Shown: one piece after another, positions 57,480 through 64,000 of the stretch
Layout of the letters: each line of letters starts with the position of its first letter
Position numbering within the stretch: the stretch's first letter is position 1
Made by a program: the position numbers and the translations under genes
NCBI GenBank assembly: GCA_963787575.1
Contig: CAWBDN010000001.1
Location: 5,267-69,266 of the forward strand
Source of the DNA: an uncultured Acidobacteriaceae bacterium
GTDB taxonomy: Bacteria > Acidobacteriota > Terriglobia > Bryobacterales > Bryobacteraceae
Length of the DNA: 64,000 nucleotides
Direction of reading: 5' to 3'
The notes under the pieces: model-generated
The model's input: the letters and a program-made list of their open reading frames with translations, nothing else
What the model was told of the DNA's origin: nothing
Databases searched by the model: none

Positions 57480-57847
57480 TGAACCCCTAAACTGAGACAG
57501 TCGAGATTGCTTCATTCAGCGCTCGGCTATCGGCCTCCGCAGGAGTTCGAAAAAGCGATTGCTGTCGGCGGAAATAACGGAGCGACCATGAGTTTTTTCA
57601 GGCATCGGGAGATCTATCGGTCCGATGCGCAATCTTTGATTCATGGGAAGCCGGCCGAAGCCGGCTCCCCGGACCATCGTTTCGATGAGTCTCCGGCTGA
57701 TTATTCCTTGACGGGTTGGTCTCCACCAGAGCCCGTCTCCGCTTCACCAGCCGAGGACCAGTTTGAAGGAAATGGAAAAGCTTGAGGAAGGAAAATTCGT
57801 TGAACGGCAAACTGTCGTAATCCAGTTTGTCTCAAGTTAGGGGTTCA
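57480..57847. mobile_element. Miniature IS3-family-derived element (internally deleted IS) with 20-bp terminal inverted repeats
   Basis: IR-L is TGAACCCCTAAACTGAGACA (57480..57499). The reverse complement of 57828..57847 is TGAACCCCTAACTTGAGACA, an 18/20 match. Inside is only a transposase C-terminal signature, 'HSALGYRPPQEFEKA'. Confidence 0.55.
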
Positions 57848-57964
57848 CCCGAGCGAGCCCGGCGGAAAAAGGCGATGCTGATGGCCCTCGGAAGATCCTT
57901 CCGGAGATTGGGGTTCGCCTCTATGGGGAGCACCGGGGCCCTGGTTAACGTAAAATGAAAAAGA

Positions 57965-58300
57965 GTGGATTCCGCGATGGTGCCCACGAGCCAATACGTC
58001 GAAGTCCGAAACAGCGCTTATTACGTAGCCGGAACGCGTATCGGCCTTGATCTGGTGATTCGGGAATTTCGTGATGGCCGCTCGCCTGAAGAAATCTTCG
58101 AAGCCTACCCATCGATTGGGTCACTCTCAAAGGTTTACGGTGCCCTTACGTTTATCCTAGAGCACCCCGGAGAGAGCGATTCGTATCTGAAGGCGCAGGA
58201 CGAGAAGTGGGAAGCGTTCAAAGCGAGCAATCCGCTCTCCCCTGACATGATCGAGTGGTTCGAGCGCGCCAAGCGCGACCTATCGGTCAGGCAGTCTTGA
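57965..58300 (+). CDS. DUF433-family antitoxin-like protein
   Basis: It contains 'YYVAGTRIGLDLVIREFRDGRSPEEIFEAYPSIGSLSKVYGAL'. Confidence 0.7.
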   Translation: MDSAMVPTSQYVEVRNSAYYVAGTRIGLDLVIREFRDGRSPEEIFEAYPSIGSLSKVYGALTFILEHPGESDSYLKAQDEKWEAFKASNPLSPDMIEWFERAKRDLSVRQS

Positions 58301-58569
58301 ACCTCCGGTTTCAGGCGGACGCCGATTTGAATCCTGCAATAGGCAGAGGCTTACGACGCCGTGAGCCGTCAATCGATTTTCGTGCCGCTGCTGGCGTCAT
58401 CCCGGATGGCGCCCCTGATCCGGAAGTTCTTCGGATCGCCACCGAGGCTGGGCGCGTTCTGGTCTCGCGTGACGTTAACACCACGCCCGAGCACTTTGAA
58501 CGATTCATCAGACACAGGAATCCCCAGGACTCTTGCTGGTCCACTCGCAACGGCCGATCGGCAGCCTAA
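58297..58569 (+). pseudogene. DUF5615 (Mut7-C/PIN-like) toxin-like gene, probably frameshifted near 58515
   Basis: The TTG start overlaps the DUF433 stop (TTGA). It begins 'LNLRFQADADLN..VLVSRDVN'. The expected C-terminal half, 'ESPGLLLVHSQRPIGSLIEGLLLVW', is in another frame (ORF 58533..). Confidence 0.5.
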
Positions 58570-58733
58570 TCGAGGGACTGCTGCTGGTTTGGATTTCCTG
58601 GACGGAAAACGACTTGCGCAACAAGGCTCGTGGCTGCCGTAGTCTGTCGCTAAACGGCCGATGGACCAGCCGCGAGAAGGTACGTCTTCCGGGCTGCGCG
58701 CAGCGCTTTATACTTGGTATTGTGCGCCAAGAG

Positions 58734-59111
58734 ATGCCGCCTAGTGTAATAGTCAGCGTCGGCTTTGCTGTTCAACTGCTAGGTACCCTTGCTGCGTATC
58801 AGTACGTGACGACGGGCCGTAGCTCAGCTGCGTTTGTTTGGGTACCCGCCGGGCTCGGTTGGGTACTGACTATTCTAGGACTGGCGATGATGTACCGGCA
58901 GACTACGACCACAGGCAAGCGTCTTCGGCTCGCGGGAAAGCTGTTGGCGGTGGGTATTCTGTCGTTCCTTGTGGTTGCCCTGGGTCATGCGTTCGCTGTG
59001 TTCTTCCTAATTGCGATTCCGGCCTTGGTTTTTGCCATCGTCATCAGCTTAATTGCGGCGGCAACTGCCTTTGTTAGCAAGCTTCGCCATCGGCACGCAC
59101 GTGCGGCGTAA
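58734..59111 (+). CDS. Small membrane protein (~125 aa, about four hydrophobic helices by eye)
   Basis: It has hydrophobic helices beginning 'MPPSVIVSVGFAVQLLGTLAAY..'. No family was recognised. Confidence 0.4.
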   Translation: MPPSVIVSVGFAVQLLGTLAAYQYVTTGRSSAAFVWVPAGLGWVLTILGLAMMYRQTTTTGKRLRLAGKLLAVGILSFLVVALGHAFAVFFLIAIPALVFAIVISLIAAATAFVSKLRHRHARAA

Positions 59112-59341
59112 AATGAGGACTTTAGCTCTGATCTCGTCTGTAGCTAAGTTCGCTAAGACCGGCCTTTTCTCCGGCTGCGACGCGCGGTTTAATTCAAAAG
59201 TTCGGGTATGCCCAATAGTATGGCCGCGCCCTGCATCTCAGCATTAATCAATGCTGCGCTTCCCATCGCCTAAGCAGTTGAAAACGCTAATTACTGATCA
59301 CGGATGGGCACCGCTGCAACTCGCTGATTCCTCGTCAGCCA

Positions 59342-59392
59342 CTGGCTACGAACCAGAAGGTCGGCAGTTCGAATCTGTCCGGGCGCACCATT
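59342..59392. repeat. Distal 51-nt direct repeat of the tRNA-Arg 3' part
   Basis: The sequence CTGGCTACGAACCAGAAGGTCGGCAGTTCGAATCTGTCCGGGCGCACCATT is identical to 56944..56994. Confidence 0.85.
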
Positions 59393-59516
59393 AACCGCGG
59401 CATTCAGAAGACGCGATCGCCGCATTAGCACCCGTCTCCGTTTTTCGAAGCCTCGATCGTCTGACCCGCCATTTACGGTCGACCGCAAACCTCACCGGGT
59501 TGTTACCTTTAGGCAC

Positions 59517-60563
59517 ATGCGACGATCTCTATCGGTCTCCTTGCTGTGCTTCCTCGGCCTGCTTCCCGCGCGGCTATGGGCGCGCCCGAAAGCGCTCTTC
59601 TATCTGACACAGGATGGAGCCTCGGTACGCTCCTTCATCGCTCACGCGAAGAAAATCGATATTCTCGTGCCCACGTGGTATTCCGTAGATGCGTCCGGGC
59701 TGGTTTGGGGCGGTCCGGACGATCTCGTCATGCAAACCGCGCATCGCGAGCATGTGCCCGTTATGCCCATTGTGGTGAACCCAGGCTTCGATCAAGATGC
59801 ATTCCACAAACTGCTCATCAGTGCGGATGCGAAGACGCACTTGCTCGACTCCCTCGTCAGCGAGTGCCGGAAGCATGGATTCATCGGGTTTCAGTTTGAT
59901 TTCGAACATGTCATCTGGACTGACCAACTGGCGCTTACGCAGCTCGTCATCGAGGCCGCCGCCGCACTACATAAGGACGGCTTGCAGCTTTCCATCGCTA
60001 CCGTGCCCAATGCCCCCGGCTATCCTGGCGAGGGCGGCTTTGCGCGATGGATCTACGCCAATTGGCGCGGCGCTTACGATTTGAAAGCGCTCGCACAGGT
60101 AGTGGATCTGATCTGCCTCATGACTTACGATGAGCACACACGCTATACGCCTCCCGGACCCGTAGCTGGATATCCATGGACAGCCGAGAATCTTGATTAC
60201 GCTCTTAAGCTGGTGCCCAAGGAGAAGCTCTCGCTGGGCATCCCGCTCTATGGTCGTCGTTGGTTCGCGGGCGAACCCGGAAATGACAACCGGCCCGCGG
60301 AATCAGTCGCCAGCGTTAGTGGCGCCGACGTGCAGCAGCTAATTGACACATACCACCCGCACCTCCAGTGGGATGCCGAGGACAGAAACAGTTGGTTCTA
60401 TTTCTATCGCGATCGAATGCGCGAGTGGGTCTTCTATACCGACGCACGTACGTTCCAAGAACGCTGGGACCTGGTCAATGAAAGAGGCTTACAAGGCTTC
60501 TGCTCCTGGGTGCTGGGACGCGAAGACGAAGCCATCTGGAAAGCGCTGCCGGAGCATCAATAA
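59517..60563 (+). CDS. Secreted glycoside hydrolase family 18-like protein
   Basis: It has a signal peptide and the catalytic-type block 'GFIGFQFDFEH', a variant of the DxxDxDxE motif. It also contains 'MTYDEH'. Confidence 0.7.
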   Translation: MRRSLSVSLLCFLGLLPARLWARPKALFYLTQDGASVRSFIAHAKKIDILVPTWYSVDASGLVWGGPDDLVMQTAHREHVPVMPIVVNPGFDQDAFHKLLISADAKTHLLDSLVSECRKHGFIGFQFDFEHVIWTDQLALTQLVIEAAAALHKDGLQLSIATVPNAPGYPGEGGFARWIYANWRGAYDLKALAQVVDLICLMTYDEHTRYTPPGPVAGYPWTAENLDYALKLVPKEKLSLGIPLYGRRWFAGEPGNDNRPAESVASVSGADVQQLIDTYHPHLQWDAEDRNSWFYFYRDRMREWVFYTDARTFQERWDLVNERGLQGFCSWVLGREDEAIWKALPEHQ

Positions 60564-60613
60564 TTGGTCATTCGCGCCCACACATCATATCTTCCGATTG
60601 AAAGGCCGCCAGG

Positions 60614-61042
60614 TTACTTAGTACCCTCTTCGGCCGCGATCGTGGTTGTCGCCGCCGAAGCGAAGGTAGATTCGCGAGTTCCTTTAGGCACGCCGAAAAT
60701 GAACGTTTTGCCCGTATGTCCCGACTTGTACTCCCTGACGTAATAAGTCCCATCCACCTTGACGAGCTCAAGATAACTGTGGTTTGTTATGGGTTTTGGC
60801 TCAGTTGTCGTCGGCATGACCATGCTGCCGTGCCCGTCGCCAAAGAGATGGAAGATGTGGGCCGCGGAGTCTGCTTGTGGAAGGGACACCGTATAGTCGC
60901 CAGGCTCTAACACAGCGCTGCCCCAGTGCGCTTCGACGGGCAGATTGAATTTCGCCTGTTGGGCGCTGGCCTGTAGTGCAAGTATCCCGAGCCCCGCCGC
61001 AACGGCAGCGAAACTAAAAGCGCGACCTGTTCTGCAATGCAT
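60614..61042 (-). CDS. Small secreted hypothetical protein
   Basis: The signal peptide is 'FSFAAVAAGLGILALQASAQ'. It is divergent from the winged-helix regulator. Confidence 0.45.
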   Translation of the reverse strand: MHCRTGRAFSFAAVAAGLGILALQASAQQAKFNLPVEAHWGSAVLEPGDYTVSLPQADSAAHIFHLFGDGHGSMVMPTTTEPKPITNHSYLELVKVDGTYYVREYKSGHTGKTFIFGVPKGTRESTFASAATTTIAAEEGTK

Positions 61043-61259
61043 GAGTGAATCTCCTTTTCGATTCCTACGGAACCACTTTGGGTTAAAATCCGTACACCCA
61101 CACAGACGAATAAACTCCCGGGATCGACCCTCAAGAGGAGATCAAGAAACTCTCAAGCGACAAGGCGGCATTGGAGAACGTTTTCTCTCGGCACATCAAT
61201 GCAGAGCTTGACGAGCAGGCTTCGTTCTCTCGAAACTTCCGCCGCTTTCAAGAATCACT

Positions 61260-62663
61260 ATGAGCAGCCACACGAACAACTCCATGCATCGTTCGCCTTC
61301 CAGCCCGCGAAAGCTTCGCTTCGGAAGTTTCGAGGTGGACCTGGAGACGCGGGAGTTGCGGAACCGGGGAATCCGAGTAAGACTTCAACACAAGCCATTT
61401 CAAATACTCGAAATTCTGTTGAGGAACCCGGGATCGCTCGTGACGCGTGAAGAGCTGATGCAGCAGCTTTGGCCGAACCTGCACGTGAACTTCGACAGCG
61501 GGCTGAATACTGCCATTAACACTCTCCGGCAGGCCTTGGGAGATTCGCCTCGAAACTGCCGCTTCATCGAGACGCGGCCTGGACTCGGGTATCGGTTTCT
61601 AACCTCAGTCGAGGAAATTTTTCAAGCCGAGCCCGCTGCTCGAGACAACCGCCGCCAGGACCCTCCTCGCACCTCGAATTTCGAGGCTCAACAGGACTAC
61701 CTCAAAGGGAAGTATTTCTTTGACAAGCTGTGTGAGGACGATCTTCGGAAGAGCATTGCCTATTTTGAATCGGCGATTGCACAGGATCCGGCTTTTGCCA
61801 CAGCCTACGCGGGACTTGCGGATGCCTACAGCCTGGGCGCCCTTTTGGGGGCCATTCCTGCCGGGGAGGCACACCCGCGAGCCAAAGAACTGGCGATTAC
61901 CGCGCTCCAGATGGATGAGGCCCTGCCGGAAGCCCATGTGGCCATGGCCGGAATCCGGAAGCTATTCGAACACGACTGGGCAGGCGCGGAGGCGGAGTGT
62001 CTTCGAGCGCTGGAGAGCAACGTAAACCATGCGGGCGCTCACCAGGCGTACGCCGCGCTTCTCGCGGCAACGGACCGGATCGCCGAAGCGCTCGAGGAGA
62101 TTCAGCGCGCGCAGAAGCTTGATCCGCTCTCGGTGGTGATCAGCACCCAGATGGCGTGGATTCTTTACTTGGCTCGCGACTTCGAAGGCGCCATCGGGCA
62201 ATCGTGGAAGGCTCTTGTCCTGGAGCCGAAATTTGCTGCCGCGCAACACACGCTCGGTCTGGCTTACGAGCAGACCGGGATGACCGACGACGCCATCGCC
62301 GAGTTTCAGAACGCACGTGTCTGCTCCTCTCACAACCCGATCACGATCGCCGCGCTGGGGCATGCGTATTCGACTGCCGGAAAGCGCGAGGAAGCTGTGC
62401 GGATTCTGGATGAGCTCGAAGAGATGTCGCGCCATCGATATGTCTCGCCCTACTGGAAGAGCATTGTTTATGCCGGAATTGAGGCAAATGACCTGGCATT
62501 ACAGGCGCTTGAAGAAAGCTGCGAAAACCGCGACGTTTGGCTCGTGGCGCTGAGAATGGAACCGCGGTTCGACGCGCTCCGCGCCGACCCGCGCTTTAAC
62601 CGTTTGCTGAGCCGCGCGGGTCTAACCGCTATGGGCAGAAAGACCCGAACGGCCGCTCAGTAA
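61260..62663 (+). CDS. CadC/OmpR-type winged-helix DNA-binding domain fused to TPR repeats
   Basis: It reads 'LRFGSFEVDLETRELRNRGIRVRLQHKPFQILEILLRNPGSLVTREEL..IETRPGLGYRF', followed by TPR repeats. Confidence 0.85.
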   Translation: MSSHTNNSMHRSPSSPRKLRFGSFEVDLETRELRNRGIRVRLQHKPFQILEILLRNPGSLVTREELMQQLWPNLHVNFDSGLNTAINTLRQALGDSPRNCRFIETRPGLGYRFLTSVEEIFQAEPAARDNRRQDPPRTSNFEAQQDYLKGKYFFDKLCEDDLRKSIAYFESAIAQDPAFATAYAGLADAYSLGALLGAIPAGEAHPRAKELAITALQMDEALPEAHVAMAGIRKLFEHDWAGAEAECLRALESNVNHAGAHQAYAALLAATDRIAEALEEIQRAQKLDPLSVVISTQMAWILYLARDFEGAIGQSWKALVLEPKFAAAQHTLGLAYEQTGMTDDAIAEFQNARVCSSHNPITIAALGHAYSTAGKREEAVRILDELEEMSRHRYVSPYWKSIVYAGIEANDLALQALEESCENRDVWLVALRMEPRFDALRADPRFNRLLSRAGLTAMGRKTRTAAQ

Positions 62664-62687
62664 CCGGATACAGTGGGTGCGCGGAGA

Positions 62688-64000
62688 TTAAAAGTAAAAC
62701 TTCGCTCCTAACTGAATTGTGCGCCCCGATGCGGCGGCAAGCACTCTTCCAAAGTTCGACGAGTTAAGATCTCCATTGACGCCCGAACCACCGGCTGCGG
62801 TGGAAATCGGACTGAATTGGGTGTGGTTGAACACGTTATAACCTTCCAGCCGCAATTCGATGAAGCGTTTCGATTCCGAGTCGAGGTACATTCGCTTGGA
62901 TAGTACAAGGTCGGTATTGTTGATTCCCGGGCCGTGGAAGTTATTCCGCCCCTCGTTGCCGAGAACCCCGATCGCCTCGCGCGAAAAGTCGTTGGGGTTG
63001 AACCAATAGTATGGTTTCGCGGTGCTCTGCGCGCCTTTGGTGCTGTTCACTTCCGAGGAGGTCCGGGGATCCAGGCTAGTGGGAGAGCTTACCAGGTTGG
63101 GCGCATCCCAACAGCCATAGCCATAGTTGAAAGTGTCGCAAGTCAACGATCGGAACTCTGAATCCGCCATCAATATGGGGAACCCGGTTTGAAGCGTGGT
63201 GATCCCGGCTAAATGCCAGCCGTCGAGCACGGTTCTCGTAACACTGTTATTCCAAAAGCGGCTGACGCGCGGCACAGCATAGTCATAGCTGATAACGAAT
63301 CGCTGCCGCGCATCGTAGGAAGAATCTCCTTTGTTGAGCGCAAAATTGTAAGGATTCAACCCGCGGATTCCATTGGAGCTGGTCTCATAGCTCGAAGTGT
63401 CATCGATCGAATGACTCCAGGTGTAAGCCGCAAGAAACGTCAGTCCGTGATTCAAATGCTTATTTAAGCTGACCTGCAGCGAGTTATAGCTGGACACGCC
63501 GAGGGTAGCTTGCGTTCCGATAGATCCGAAAATGTCACCTGGCGCGAATTGGGCGTGCGAGGGATAATCGCGATGCTGGAAAAGCTTGTCAGTAACGCAG
63601 GCGGGATCTGCCGCGCAAGCAGCCGCTCCGGCCGGACTGATCGGATTACCTTCGTAGGTCAGCTCTAAATGCCTTCCCAGAGCGCCCACATAGCCGACTT
63701 GCAGAATCATCGCTCCCGGCAGCTCATGCTGAACGTTGAAATTGAAGTTCATGGCATACGGCGAGGTGAAGTCGGGATTCACCACGTTGATCGAAAGCGG
63801 CTCGAAGTTGGAGAAATCCACATTCGATCCTTTCTTCGCTGGCACGAACGGGAATTTGTTGGGAATGCTTTGCCCCGTTGCTATATCCGTAAATGGATTG
63901 GCGAACGAAGGGCTCCCCAGCGCGTCCCCAATACCGGTTGAAGTGAGGGCGAAAGGAACGGCTCCCAGATTCTGTAGCGTAAGCTCTTCCTCCGAGCGGT
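62688..64000 (-). CDS. TonB-dependent receptor, C-terminal part (5' end lies outside the window)
   Basis: The frame is open to nt 64000. It contains 'RLEGYNVFNHTQF' and ends 'IQLGAKFYF*'. Confidence 0.85.
   Translation of the reverse strand, partial: RSEEELTLQNLGAVPFALTSTGIGDALGSPSFANPFTDIATGQSIPNKFPFVPAKKGSNVDFSNFEPLSINVVNPDFTSPYAMNFNFNVQHELPGAMILQVGYVGALGRHLELTYEGNPISPAGAAACAADPACVTDKLFQHRDYPSHAQFAPGDIFGSIGTQATLGVSSYNSLQVSLNKHLNHGLTFLAAYTWSHSIDDTSSYETSSNGIRGLNPYNFALNKGDSSYDARQRFVISYDYAVPRVSRFWNNSVTRTVLDGWHLAGITTLQTGFPILMADSEFRSLTCDTFNYGYGCWDAPNLVSSPTSLDPRTSSEVNSTKGAQSTAKPYYWFNPNDFSREAIGVLGNEGRNNFHGPGINNTDLVLSKRMYLDSESKRFIELRLEGYNVFNHTQFSPISTAAGGSGVNGDLNSSNFGRVLAAASGRTIQLGAKFYF

Larger units (their letters stand above)
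56993..59392. mobile_element. Remnant (~2.4 kb) of an island integrated at tRNA-Arg
   Basis: A 51-nt exact direct repeat of the tRNA 3' part occurs at 56944..56994 and 59342..59392. An integrase C-terminal stub lies next to the tRNA. Confidence 0.75.

Noticed and set aside
1-64000. CRISPR arrays, rRNA genes and riboswitches (TPP upstream of the ThiO-like gene, T-box or leader upstream of leuA).
   Set aside because: No regularly spaced repeats or rRNA-like sequence were seen by eye. The ThiO-like gene starts 13 nt after the LysR gene. The leuA leader is ~120 nt and has no recognisable riboswitch core. This was a visual scan only, not a covariance-model search.

Overview
The gene content points to a chromosomal segment from an Acidobacteriota-type genome, though this is inference and no search was run. 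Supporting genes are an ADOP-type duplicated orphan permease, four CarboxypepD_reg-type TonB-dependent receptors, FG-GAP/ASPIC-UnbV proteins and Tat/Sec-secreted enzymes of unknown family. Core housekeeping genes are scpA-scpB plus a pseudouridine synthase, a leuA(short)-leuB-leuC-leuD operon with a divergent LysR regulator, clpP, an MltD-like transglycosylase and an amidase. There are two tRNA genes, Ser-CGA and Arg-ACG. No rRNA gene or CRISPR array was seen by eye. Three things stand out. (1) An ~8.6 kb island sits at tRNA-Ser, bounded by exact 26-nt direct repeats. Its tyrosine integrase and McrBC-like restriction module are both broken by multiple frameshifts. Its AbiEi/AbiEii pair is intact, and it carries IncP-like relaxosome remnants (TraK-like, a TraL fragment, a TraJ/MobC-like RHH protein and a possible oriT). 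(2) A second, ~2.4 kb remnant island sits at tRNA-Arg, bounded by a 51-nt direct repeat. It holds an integrase stub, an IS3-derived miniature element and a DUF433/DUF5615 toxin-antitoxin pair whose toxin looks frameshifted. (3) A tightly coupled ~10 kb minus-strand operon encodes TPR/FG-GAP/UnbV proteins, a five-heme c-type cytochrome fused to TPR repeats, and an ATPase-less ADOP permease. I know of no described function for this combination, and it is my best candidate for an undescribed system. The window also holds three TonB-receptor-led clusters with secreted enzymes of unknown family. One of these contains tandem paralogues, the second of which is frameshifted. All family assignments come from motif recognition by eye; no database search, alignment statistic or composition calculation was run.
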